From the NCBI RefSeq assembly GCF_902713615.1, contig NC_052158.1, forward strand, positions 111,736,540-111,800,539: 64,000 nt of DNA, read 5' to 3'. Under the pieces are notes generated by a model. That model saw nothing but the letters and a program-made list of their open reading frames with translations, made no database searches and was not told the origin of the DNA. This document shows positions 12,487 to 24,250 of this stretch, piece after piece. The position numbers were made by a program, and so were the translations under genes. The stretch is from Scyliorhinus canicula (taxonomy: Eukaryota). Numbering within the stretch: position 1 is the stretch's first letter; each line of letters starts with the position of its first letter.

Positions 12487-13622
12487 TTAGTTGGCAAATG
12501 GGAGGTGGTCAAGTTGTCCCATGAGCGGGTGTCCTGGAGCACATGTTGGGTGACCTGCCCTGGCTCCATGCCTGTTTCTGCTGGACAATCTCCTCATCAG
12601 ACGAGGCCTGGCCTCCAGCATGTCACCCCTTTGCTGCACGATGTTGTGCAGGATGCAGCAAGCCAGTATGCTAGAGATCCTCATGGGGCTATATTGAAGA
12701 GTCCCACCAGTGCAGTCCAGGCATTGAAACGCATCTTGAGGCTGCCAATGCACCGCTCAAAGACGCTCGTAGCTGCTGCGTGGGCCTCATTATAACGGAT
12801 CTCCGCATCGGTCTCGGACCTCCGGACAGGCGCATTAGCCATGACCGCAGCAGTTAACCCTTGTTGCGTAAGAGCCAACCACTCACCAGTGGGAGCGTCA
12901 CAAAGGTGCCTGGTAACTTGATGCGCCAGGATGTAAGCGTTGTGCGCGCTTCCTGGGTATCCGGCGCAGATGTGCATGATATGCAGCCGATGGTCACACA
13001 CTAACTGCATATTGAGGTAGTGAAACCCCTTCCTACTGCAGAAGGGCACCCCCCCCCCCCCACCCCCGAGGACACCTTGGACCTGGCGCATGCTGCCCGG
13101 TCATTTTGGTGGGCCTGGTCCAGACTGAAGGTGTTCTCTTCCACTGCCTGGGTACATAGGGCATCCATCACGTCGCAGATGCACCTGTGTGTGGTGAGGA
13201 CGTTTGCGAGATCCCATACAGGTCCCCACTCGAGCCTGGAAAGGCCCAAGAGTCAGAAACGTTCAGGGTGACCAATGAGGCTCATGAGAGCTGGTGACCT
13301 CATCCAAACTCCTGCATGCCAGATTCCCCACCACCTGCCATGTGGCGCATGGTCTCACTGCTTAGCCAAAGTCTTCAGTGTCACAGGCATTCTGGTAGAT
13401 CCTCAAAGTACAGGCACCAACGGTATCTACGTGCCCTGATGTGCCTGTTGAACGACTGGCACTTAAGCCTTCCCAGCTGGCCCATGCTCTTCCAGGGCAG
13501 GTTCCTCTTGTGGAGTATCCTCCCTGAGCTGGTTCTGTGCCTCCAGCCTCTATACATCCATAACAGCAGCTATGGCCAGGTAGATAGCGAGCATAGCTGG
13601 CTGGACTCCGAAATTGATTCTC
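12487..13622 (-). pseudogene. Harbinger DDE transposase (HARBI1-like), frameshifted
   Basis: RKGFHYLNMQLVCD..YPGSAHNAYIL..RYNEAH..ERCIGSLKMRF / CLDCTGGTLQYSP..ACCILHN; splice acceptor CCCCTGCAG at about 13622. Confidence 0.9.
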
Positions 13623-13646
13623 TGCAGGGGGAGGAAAAGAGATGAC

Positions 13647-13806
13647 GGGCAGGATTCTCGGCCGTCGGGATGCTGGTAGCCCGGGGGTTTCCCGATGGCG
13701 TGGGGTTGTGCCACAATGGGAAACTGTACTGACCAGCCGGTGAAACTCGGCATCCGTCTGGCGTGCTAAGCCAGAAATCTGGTGCAGCGGGACGGAGATC
13801 CAGCCC
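13647..13806. mobile_element. 160-bp Harbinger-type MITE
   Basis: TIRs GGGCAGGATTCTC / GGAGATCCAGCCC, 3-bp TSD GAC on both sides. Confidence 0.8.
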
Positions 13807-14119
13807 GACATGTTAGCAAGATGAGTATTCCCTTGCCCATCCAAATCCAGCAGGTTATTTAGTCACCCTGAGTTGTAATCCAGCACCACCCTCAAGGTGT
13901 CCCCCTCAGCCAGTCCCCCAAATATGTTTCCCTCCGCACTGTACCCCTGTCCCCACAAATGTGTAGCACGTGGTCTATGATGTAGGGAACCTCTATCCTC
14001 ACCAGTCATCCCTGTCAACAGGGGTAATGGTGGCTGCAGCAACCTGTGTCAGCAATAGACTCTTGGCCCCTGCCCTATTTCCCACTGTGGCATCTCATTG
14101 AGTGTCCTCATTGGGTGAA

Positions 14120-14299
14120 CCATGCACAGGGCTAAAGAGCTGGTTTTTAAAGCAGACCATGGCAGGCCAGCAGCACGGTTCAATTCCCGTACTAGCCTCC
14201 CCGAACAGGGGCCGGAATGTGGCAACTCGGGCTTTTAACAGTAACTTCATTTGAAACCTACTTGTGACAATAAGCAATTTTCATTATCATTTTCATTTT
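14120..14299 (+). mobile_element. tRNA-derived SINE
   Basis: B-box GGTTCAATTCC; 3' part CCGAACAGG..CAGTAACTTCATT..CCTACTTGTGACAATAA shared with 24005 and 63340; (TTTCA)n-like tail. Confidence 0.75.
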
Positions 14300-15539
14300 A
14301 TCCCACCAGCAGGGTGACAGCTGTTTGTGCGGTGGAGAAGGTCACCATATGGTTATTCACCTCTATGGTTCGAGGCTTGTGTGTGGGGAGGTCCTACAGA
14401 TGGGGGTGAGCGAGGGAAGTGTTCATCTTCTGGGAGTATAACTGCAGTGTGATGTGAGTTCTGGGTGTAACAGACAAGTTGTGACAACCTGACCAGGGCA
14501 GGATCGATGGGAGCAGGGGTACGGTGATCAGGTAGTGCTTGGAGACAGCTGGTGCTCAGAAGGGGCGGGCTAGCTGATAGTGTCACTTACGACGCTCTGC
14601 CCTGAGGGGGGGCAGTGTGCCAGAGAGGATGCCAATGGTCACGGTGCATGTGTTGTTTGTTTGGGGTGAGCTCTGCTCCTCCTCTGCAATGGGGCTGCAC
14701 TCCTGATGAGTGCACTGAGAAACGGCAGCACCTGGTGTGTCAATGATTGAGCTTGGCCACACCCATTCCGTTGGTGGGTCAGCTGGGGTCTGAGGTTCCT
14801 ACAGAGGATACCTGGGTGGGCTCCCAGATGACCAGAGGCTCTCTGGAAATTTACAGGACACAATGAGCAATCAGCAGAATGACCAGCCAGGAGCCTGTAA
14901 GTGGCACAAAAGGGGTCCGTTTAAACACATACTTCAGCAATGGCTGTCTGTGCCAGGCCAGCGTGATTCCAAGGGGGACAATCTGAATCTAGGGACCTGA
15001 CACCAAGGTGATCCGCGCAACCCCCCTGGCCCAGGCAGCAACCCCCCCCCCCCCCCCCCCCCCAAGCAAGCACAACAGTTTTGGAGAGATTTTAAGAGTT
15101 TTATTCCCCGCCTGCCGAATAGCCATGGCACCCAGGCTCTACTTGCAACAATTAACAGGGGTGAAGCATTACGGAGGGGTGGAGCATGAAGTGTCCAATC
15201 TGCTAACGATATTGAAATCCATGAAAATGATGGTTTTGCATGCCCCTGCCGGCCCTTCGATTTCTTTGCCAGCAAGAGACCGGAGCACAGCTTCAGAATC
15301 GCTGCTGGGTACAAACCACATTTCATCAATTTCGCTCGATTCTTCGCCCGATCATGATTCGCACTTAGGGCGTCGCGAAGTGGAGAATCCAGCCTATTAA
15401 TATTCATAATAAGTGAATAAAGCAAATAGCAGCGGAATTATTTGTAAATGAGTTAGTACAACAGGACGCAGGTTTGGTGCTGCCAGCCCTAGTGATGTTT
15501 GAGAGCAAAGAGCAAGGAAACGTTGTAGTACAAGCGCCA

Positions 15540-15975
15540 AAAGAAAGAACGTGTTTATATAAATAAATCAGCTTATCATATCCTCAGGACAAACTCAAAG
15601 CGTTTCACTCGCAGTGCATGTGCTTTCTATGTGGTCACTTTGGTGTTGTGTTTGTTGACAAAAACAATTTGCTCTCAGCAATCATCCCAAACAAGAAATG
15701 AAATTGTTGACCAGTTAATCTATTTCTGGTCGTGTCCGTTGAGTTTCACAGTTGCGATCGAGAAGCTTCGCTTTTCTTTAACTATTGTCTTAGGCTATTT
15801 TATGCTTACCTGAACAGAGAGGCAGAACCTTGGCTTAATGCCTCAATCCAAGTGATGGCCCTTCTGCCAATTTAATGCTCCATCAGTATTTCTGTGGCTT
15901 AATTGTCATTCAGGATTACGCACTCAAGTCCTGGAAGGGGATTTCAAAACCACAACCTCCTGGCTCAACTGAGCT
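15540..15975 (-). mobile_element. Old Deu-domain-like SINE (SacSINE/AmnSINE type), decayed
   Basis: Decayed similarity to the family pattern as I recall it (CAAAGCGTTTCAC, GACCAGTTAATC, CTCAAGTCCTGGA..AACCACAACC). Confidence 0.55.
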
Positions 15976-16561
15976 CAGAATTTTCCTGTTGTTCATTGCA
16001 CGCTCCAGTGTGCCAGGATTCAGTTGGTAATGATTAATGCTCGATTTCAACAAACAGACATATGATGCAGTAATGTGGGAGAAACAAAATTCCACAAACT
16101 GGAGAAGGGAATATTAAAGCTTTGCCACCAGCATTCTGTTGATGTAAAGTAGTTAAAGGCTTGCACGCAAGAAGCACTGGTGCTGCTGCTTCATCATACC
16201 CTGATAACTTCTAGCCAGTTAGCATCTGTGGCGTATTGTAAAGAGTCGCCTGTAAAAAGCTCTGTATCCAGAGCTTTAAAATGTTATATTAATGAGCATA
16301 TAAATGATTTATGGAACACTAATTTTGAAAATTAATTGATTACATGAAAGGAGGGAAGGGGTGGCATGCTCATTACCTTTTATCAGTGGCTGGATAGACA
16401 GCAGAGAGCCCTCTGATCAGGAATGAAGGGGGTTCTGCATTGGCGCTGATTTAAGCCGACTGCTATTCCAGTAACGGCCACCGCCATGGTATTAACCGGC
16501 AGCTCTTGGGGTGGGACCTTGTGGGACCTTAATATTATGTTGGTCATGAGAAATTTAGCAT

Positions 16562-16661
16562 GGGGCGGCACAGTGGCATAGCAATTGTCTCACAGCGCCA
16601 GGGAGCCAGGGTCGATTCTGACCTTCAGTGACTATCTGTGAGCATCTGTGCGGAGTTTGCA
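16562..16661 (+). mobile_element. HE1/V-SINE head, truncated
   Basis: GGGGCGGCACAGTGGC..CTCACAGCGCCAGGGA..GGTCGATTC. Confidence 0.75.
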
Positions 16662-17286
16662 TAAGGATTGCTGCCACCATTCTATAGACAGGGCTTTTAT
16701 CCCCAAAATGTGGCTCATGAGCTTTTCAGTGGAATTCACTCCTCTTGAATTTAGATCCACTTTGAAACTATTCAGTATCTCTAATTGATACTTATTGTTA
16801 TGTTTGAATAATTTAAATGAATCTTTCTAGGAATATAACAGTTTTACAATCAATCTGACATCTGTAAATTTCTGACGTGCTGAGCTACTGTAATGCAATC
16901 ATTAACATTGTGATCTATAATCTGCATTTAATATTTCATTTGCATCATTTCTAAAACCCTAATATTTTGCAGTTGTACTGTGAAAGGATATATTCAACCT
17001 GGGGCAAAGCTCAAATGACACTCAAATGACAACAAGTTTCATCCTTGTTAGCACCAATCAATCACCTGAGTAATGATATCGAATACAACTTGACAAGACA
17101 ATTATTTGGGAACAACATCAATTTGTGATTTATTGGTTTAGGTACAAAGAACTAAAGTCTTATTTTTTTTAGAGCAAAAGCATGAAGGGAGTCTTGAAAT
17201 AACATTGTTTCAGTTTTGATGAGTTTCCTTTGCCATGTAATACTTTGATACCACGCCTGTTTTGCAAGTGTAAAATGAGGAACTAA

Positions 17287-17960
17287 GGACGGGATTCTCT
17301 GTTGCCCGACGCCGATATCGTAATCGCCGATTGGGCGGAGAATCCCTTTTTACGACTGAATCGGGGGTTGCGCCTGTTTTTGGATGCTCCGCTCCCTCTA
17401 AAACGGCATAATCACCGAGTATACCATTGGGATTGCCTCAGGACGTCACCTGAAGACCCTCACCTGATGTTCCGCCTGCGATGGACCGAGTTCGCGGATC
17501 ACATGGGCTCTCAGTTTTCGTCAACCTCGCGTACCATCTGCGGACTGTGTCCAGCACTGCCACAGTTGGGGGAAGTCGTGCCGCTGGCCGGGGGAGAGGT
17601 TGGGGGGGAGGGGGGGGCTTTGGCGAGGGCTGGGGGGACTGGTGGGGGGGGGGGGGGGTGGTCCAGGGATGGCGAAGGGAGGTCCAGGGAGGCACTACCT
17701 GGCAGGTTGGGTCCGCGCGCGGCCGGTCCCATGTTGTATGGCGCGACCACTGCAGGTCATCGTCATGCGCATGCGCGGCCACGGACCAGGCTATTCTCTG
17801 GCTGTTTTTGGCATGGGAGCCAAGAATTTAACCTGGCACCGCTGCTAACCCCTCACCTGTCCCAGAATCAGTGAGTGTTCGATGCCGATTTTGGTGTCGT
17901 AAAACACCACTGCTCCCAATCCGGCGTCGGCAATTATCCGTAAAATCAGAGAAACCATCC
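17287..17960. mobile_element. Harbinger-type MITE (GC-rich)
   Basis: GGACGGGATTCTC ... GAGAAACCATCC ends; subterminal inverted repeats CCGACGCCG/CGGCGTCGG and TTTTACGAC/GTCGTAAAA. Confidence 0.75.
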
Positions 17961-18182
17961 ACTTTGGATGTGTTCCAAGTCATTTTGGCAAAGGCCTCTA
18001 GCATAAAAATATAAAAATAAGGGGTCCAACAACTGTGTTAACCCCTTTTACAAAATGCCTTACCTTGATTGCAGCATGTGCCATGCATGTTTTAGCTCGA
18101 ATTCTCAGATACCAAGCTCCTATGATCCAGAGATACTTTAAGGGACTGTAATATTCTCTATATGCACAGATAGCGAGGTCTT

Positions 18183-18624
18183 TGTAGTTGAAGTGATCAG
18201 AGAACACATGGCTTTGTAAATGAACAAAACTGTTTATTAACTAACTAAAACACTGAAGGGTTTCTTTGTGGTCTGCTATGGATACAGTTAGATATGATGG
18301 CTGAATACAAACTATAATTAAAAAGTATTGATTACTGTTTACTCAGGAGGTGCTCGATATGCGACTGGACTCTGTGCCTGCTGTCCAGGTTCTGACTCCC
18401 ATGTGGGTGTCTTCCAGTGACATTCTGCTGTCGCCATGCCACCTATGGTTGGATGTTAGAATACATCCTGCTTCACATGTGGCTGTGTTCCAGTAACGTT
18501 CTCCTGTAATCACGCCACCTGTGGTCGGATGCTAGAATTGTAATCTATACAGATAGGCATTAATGTTTATATACAGTTTGGTTATTGTATTATATACACA
18601 GATGATAGTTCACATATTATCACA
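18183..18624 (-). repeat. Probable solo LTR
   Basis: TGT...ACA ends, minus-strand AATAAA (TTTATT at about 18233), internal roughly 30-bp direct repeat; no TSD found. Confidence 0.45.
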
Positions 18625-20869
18625 TGGACCATCGAGGCACCCTCCGAAAAAGGTTTTCTTACGATCTCCACAATATTATGGCTCACTGCTGTCCAACACT
18701 AGTCATCCACCACCCCCGCAACCCCCTCCCTCCACCTTTTCTATTGTCATCCTTGCCCCACCTTGGAATCTGCTGATCACCTCGGCCGATGATCAAGCAG
18801 TACAGTTTTGTCGTTATGCATGTTTTTCGGTAACCTTTAAACCCATCTCCCCCACAGGCTAAGATGAAATGACCTGAAGAGCAACATTGAAAATTCTGCT
18901 GGGAAGTGCGGCTGCAGCGATTTCTGAATTGGTTCATTAAAGACTAGTCAGAAAACAAATTGAATGCAAGTCAGTTAAGCAAGCTCAGCAGTGCTTCCCC
19001 CGACAGCTATTAGGAGCCCTCAGTTCAGAAAGCTCACCCGATTTTTAAATAATAGGATATCCAGATGCCAGTTTCCTTGCATTTTCCTCTTCAAACATCC
19101 ACAGTACTTTTGTTTCTTGCCTTCAGCAATTGGTCTGATATCCTTTGTTATACTTTTGCTCGTTAACCAGCTGTTTTCAACCACTTAAGAAGTGTGAAAC
19201 CGACATAAGCGTGAGCCAATTGGGATTGGGTGGACTTCCAGCACTTTTATTCCAAAAAGGACAAACAGTTCTCCCAGTGGAAAACATGGAATATTTCACT
19301 TGAACGCATTTCAGGGATAATTATCCACAAATTAGGAATAGTAACAGCTTTGGGAAAAGGTACTCGTGATTGAACAACTCGCTTTGTCGAGGGTCACATC
19401 CAGGTCTGTGATAGGTTGAGAGCATACTTCTCTTATAACTTCGATAGTTATCTCATTGATTGTTGAACATTTTTAAGGTTATCTGTACTGCTTGATCATA
19501 CATAATTATTTCTAATGCATTTTTTTGCATTATATTCTGACAGGAATTACTACAATGGTTTCTGTGCAGTTAATAATACCCGCATTAAGAATTTAGCCCA
19601 ATAAAGCATCTCCAAAGTGATCCAAATATAAAATATGGAAATAGTAGATCATAACAAACACGATTTCATCTATGTGACTAATTTTTCTCAGACTGACGGG
19701 ATGAATGTCTCCTTTATCTGCATTGAAATAAACTTGGACAAACTGAATCCTATTTCCATTAAATGTGAGCCACAGAAAAATGATACTTTGCTGATGGAAA
19801 TATATTTGAGCAGATTCAGCTGGTAGGAATGGGTCATAAATGCAGTGCAAATTTTTGCCTGTACTCCCCTCCCCACCAACATGTCCCATTTCAGTTGGGT
19901 GATGCAGGAGATCACAGAAGGAAAGCCAAAAGATTAAAGATGCAACTATTTGGGCCTCTTCTGACCCAACTTCTATTCCCCACTTCGGGTTCTGCTTTAA
20001 CATAACAGTTGACCCAAATGTCATCATGAGAGTCTGATCTGCATATTTAAAGAACCATGTCACTGGTTTCCATCGAATGATTTGTTATCTCTTCAGAAGA
20101 GCAGGTTAAAAATCGGAGCTGGCACAATCAACGTGGGGCGTTGGAGGGTGGAAAAAAGTATTAAGAAAACGTTAAAACTGTTTTCGGCAATTTCTGGAAA
20201 ATTCCATTCATTCAGCATTAGATCGTTATCCTAGCAGCTGTTGGAATTCAAGCTGTTGAAAATGATAATGTTCCAAGTCTGGTAAATCAAACACTTTGAT
20301 CATCATCCAATGCAAAAAGTTAAATGAAATTAGAAATATTGAGCATTAAAAAAAAGCATTGATGAATTACCACACGAGGTATCCCACTAATCCCTGAAAG
20401 ATAAGTGTAACTACCTGCTCAGTAAACAATGAAATGTTCTTTCGGTTCAGAGTGGTTAGGGGAGCCTTTTCAGGATATAATAACTGCACCAGTTTAAGTC
20501 ACTCCATTGAAGCAAAATTTATGTCTATTAATAAATACTCATACATTTTCTGACGAGCACTGGTTTGTAACAAAGATTTGAGAGGTATGTACAAATGTGA
20601 ATAATATGCACTTTGAAAGAATGGGAAAGTGTGATAAAGATTCCACAGACTGTATTTTTTAATGTAACCTGTTGCCTGTTTGCACTAGCCTCCGTCAAAA
20701 CAAGGAGGACGGTGTGTCTCAGTTCTACTTCTGAAGAAAATGCATGTCAAGAATTGAGCTTCAGAAATTACCAATGTTTCCCATAATAATTACAGATTAT
20801 ACATGCCCCTATTGTGTAATTGGTTGGATTTCACCACTGAGTGAATTTGTTTTGTGGCCTGAGGAGGAT

Positions 20870-21047
20870 CCATAGAATCCCTACAGTGCAGCAGGAGGCC
20901 ATTTGGACCATTAAGTCAGTACTGACCCTCTGAAGCAGCACCCCAACTAGGACCCCTTCGCCGCCCCATTCCCGTAACCCCACACATTAGTCATGGCCAA
21001 TCCACCTAACTTGCACATTTTCAGACACTAAGTGGAAATTTAGCCAT
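20870..21047 (-). mobile_element. HE1-type SINE 3' fragment with CR1-like tail
   Basis: CATAGAATCCCTACAGTGCAG..GGCCAATCCACCTAACTTGCACAT. Confidence 0.75.
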
Positions 21048-21132
21048 CTCCTCTGGGTAACTCAAAATCAGTTGTCATTGGCAAAAACAAAATTTACTGG
21101 AGGTGATCAGGACTGTTGTCCTGTTGAACAGT

Positions 21133-21402
21133 AAGTTCGCAGATGACACAAAAATATTGGTGGTGTGGTAAATAGTGATACTTTAGATGCCTTAGATTAC
21201 AGGAAGATATAGATGGGCAGAACAGTGGCAAATGAAATTTAATCCTGAAAAGTGTGAGGTAACGCATTTTGGGAGGACCTGCAAGGCAAGGGAATATACA
21301 ATGAATGATAGGATGCTAGGAAGTACAAACGGACCTTGTGTGCATGTCCGTAGATCTCTAAAGACAGCAGGATAAGTAAATAACATAGTTAAGAAGGCAT
21401 AG
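21133..21402 (+). mobile_element. CR1 RT fragment
   Basis: KFADDTK..LQEDID..WQMKFNPEKCEV.HFGR remnants. Confidence 0.85.
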
Positions 21403-21989
21403 GGGAAGGAAGGGAGGGAGGTGAGGGAGGGTTTGATGTCCAAAAGCAGCAGCTGCCAGGTGAACTCAAACTACCCTTGCATCACCTGGAGCCTGGACTT
21501 GCATGAGAAAGTATGTCTACGTCAGGCACTATATTGCCCTCCTCCAGCTCCTCCACTTATGGTGGCAAGTCATCTCCAGGGTGAATGCTCAGTCCATGCT
21601 GAAGGGCAAAGTTGTGCAATGAACAGCACACTACACCTGTTGTGAGTTTCACCTTCGCTTATAAGGCACTGCAAGAGTTAAAGTTTGGCTTCAGGTCTTC
21701 CTTCAGCATTTCACAAAGGCATCCGATTGCTTCCTGCTGAAGCGCAGTCTCCGAGCCCGCAACTCCTCTGACATCATTTCATATGATGTCCTTTGCCTGT
21801 ACAGTCTCAGGGGTGCGTAATTGATTTCCTCCTCAACAGGGTGACATGTTGTCTGACCCAAATTTTGAATTTGCACTGGATTCTGCAATACCTGTCGGAG
21901 AGAGAGAGTTCACAAATTAGCTTACAGGAGACTTGCATATGTCAACGAAAGCATCAACCTTCACTAAAGTATTTGAGGTAATTACTGAG

Positions 21990-22815
21990 GATTGTAAGGA
22001 TCAACATTACAACAGTTGGATTCTTAAACAGCACAGCTTAAATTATATGACAAAATCCAAATGCTCTGCATTAGCTCGGAGGACAGGCATACTGATATCA
22101 GCATCCTTAAAAGAGCCAAGAGTACCAACGTTGAGGCCTTGATAATCCGATACCAACTCAGCTGGGCTGGCCAGGTGCTTAGAATGTCAGAGTTCTGACT
22201 GCCAAAGCAGATCCTCTTCACCCAGCTCAAGTAATGCTCCTGATCAAGAGGAGGACAAAGAAAGCGCTTCAAAGACACTCTGAAGATTTACCTCAAGAAA
22301 TGCAACCTAGATGTCAACGCCTGGGAGACCCTTGTTCAGAAGATACCTATCTGATACCTATCTGGAAGACTGTCTTGATTGAATGGGCACAATTCTTTGA
22401 GAGTATCTGAAGGTAAGAGGAGGCCCAGAAAAGGAGGTAGGGAAAGGAATATCCGCGACTTAGCGCCAAGAGCCAATTCCACCTTCCGGAAAATCCTGTC
22501 AAGTGTGCGGTCAAAGATTTTTTTTTTTTTTTTTTTTTTTTTAATTTTAGAATATCCAATTCATTTTTTCCAATTAAGGGGCAATTTAACGTGGCCAATC
22601 CACCTAACCTGCACATCTTTGGGTTGTGGGGGTGAAACCCACGCAGACACGGGGAGAATGTGCAAACTCCTTACAGACAGTGACCCAGGGCCGGGATTCG
22701 AACCCGGGTCCTCAGCGCCGTAGGCAGCAATGCTAACCACTGTGCCACCGTGCCGCCCGTGTGCGGTCAAAGATAAGACTCTAGGGTCGCGCTGATCAGC
22801 CAGGCAAGGAACCAC
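21990..22815 (+). mobile_element. RTE-clade LINE 3' fragment
   Basis: QLSWAG..RM...LPKQILFTQL...SRGGQRKRFKDTLKIYLKKCNLDVNAWETL. Confidence 0.8.
22519..22758 (-). mobile_element. HE1-type SINE, poly(A)-tailed subfamily
   Basis: A/B boxes, V-domain; 16-bp TSD GTGTGCGGTCAAAGAT at 22503-22518 and 22759-22774. Confidence 0.93.
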
Positions 22816-22831
22816 ATTTAAATATATTTAT

Positions 22832-23053
22832 TTATTTAAATTTAGAGTGCCCAATAATTTTTTTCCAATTAAGGGACAATATAGTGTGGCAAATCCACCT
22901 ACTCTGCACATCTTTGGGTTGTGGGGGCGAAACCCACGCAAACACAGGGAGACTGTGCAAACTCTACAAGGACAGTGACCCAGAGCCAGGATTGAACCTG
23001 TGACTTCGGCATCCTGAGGCAGCAATGCTAACCACTGCGCCACCGTGCTGCCC
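22832..23053 (-). mobile_element. HE1-type SINE, A-rich-tail subfamily
   Basis: 14-bp TSD TTAAATATATTTAT at 22818-22831 and 23054-23067. Confidence 0.92.
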
Positions 23054-23553
23054 TTAAATATATTTATAAACACTATTATAAAAGATTAACCCACCAAAGA
23101 AAATCCTCTCTGATGTCTCCTGCCTCTGTTCGATGATTCTGGATGGGTCAAAATAAGTGCAAACAAACAAGTGTAAAAACTTGAACAACGGGGAAATCGG
23201 GCAAGTTAGCACTGTCCCGAGATTTCATATTCAGCTGCTTCAAAATAGCGCTTGCAGAAAAGGACTTGGAAAAACACAGGAGCAGGAGTTTGAACTTGGT
23301 GCGTATTTAGCACATGTATGGCTTACGATCTCCGTACGCCAGAAGTTTCAATGGAAGTTACGGGATGACTCTCAGCCAGCAGAACACACACAGTTATCCA
23401 ATTACTGTAGTTGATCTTTGTAGCTTTAATCAATTGTGTAAAAATACAATTAGTTGTACAAAAATGTAACTTCCTGTATTGCCTATTGAAATCTGAATGA
23501 AATCTGAATTCCGATTAGCTGATAAATCAGGAAATCAACCCTATGAAGATAAT

Positions 23554-24000
23554 GGCCTGGATTCTCTGCTGCCTGCTACCAGTAGCGGAGTCTCCGATGC
23601 AGCGGAGGATTAAAAAATTGGGATTGGCCCTGGGCGTCAGCGTTCACCGAACCAAACATGCTCGTACCCACCCCTTCCATCCATCCCCCCCCCCCCCCCC
23701 ACCCCTGCTGACGGGGGGATCGAGACTCAGGACGCAAGCCAGCGGGAGGATGAAAACTAATGCAAGTGGGTCTTCATTTAGCAGCTCCAGCACTATTCTC
23801 TGGCTCTCCATGATTCTCTAGCCCCTCGGCCGGCAATCTGGTCCCATCAAACGGGAGCCTGGCACAGTGAGGTAGTTGCCCCCAAAGTCCATCTGAGGGA
23901 ACCCCCCCCCATAATGCACTACCTGAACACCACTCCTCTACCAAATCCTCTCCATGCCTCCACACAGAAACCCCCAGAACGGGAGACCGCTACAAGATAT
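23554..24000. mobile_element. Harbinger-type MITE remnant
   Basis: Starts GGCCTGGATTCTC; GC-rich with poly-C; other end not found. Confidence 0.45.
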
Positions 24001-24004
24001 TTCC

Positions 24005-24250
24005 TAGCTTGGTCACTGTGCGGAGTCTGCACATGCTCCGCGTGTCTTCGTGGATTTCCTCCGGGTACTCCGGTTTCCTCCCACAAGTCCCGAAATACAT
24101 GCTTGTTCGATGAATTGGACATTCTGAATTCTCCCTCCGTATTCCCGAACAGGCGCCAGAGTGTAGCAACTGGGATTTTCCCAGTAGCTTCATTTTAGTG
24201 TTAATGTAAGCCTCCTTGTGACAATAATAAAGATTATTATTATTATTATT
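24005..24250 (+). mobile_element. HE1-related SINE with alternative 3' module and (TTA)n tail
   Basis: GGTCACTGTGCGGAGTCTGCAC..TTTCCTCCCACAAG..CCGAACAGGCGCC..TTGTGACAATAATAAAGATTATTA. Confidence 0.85.

Larger units (their letters stand above)
11900..15395. mobile_element. Degenerate Harbinger/PIF transposon with convergent Myb/SANT and transposase genes
   Basis: Myb remnant (+) and transposase (-); right TIR GGAGAATCCAGCC at about 15382-15394; left boundary approximate. Confidence 0.75.

Noticed and set aside
12487-13622. Domesticated HARBI1 host gene
   Set aside because: Multiple frameshifts and deletions, TIR context and other decayed copies indicate a dead transposon
17302-17874. 190-aa and overlapping Gly/Pro-rich ORFs
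   Set aside because: By-product of a GC-rich MITE with poly-G runs
19593-20063. 156-aa minus-strand ORF outside repeats
   Set aside because: Non-ATG start, no recognisable domain and no convincing splice sites; probably chance
23868-23880. let-7-like TGAGGTAG seed
   Set aside because: Match stops after about 9 nt and there is no precursor hairpin
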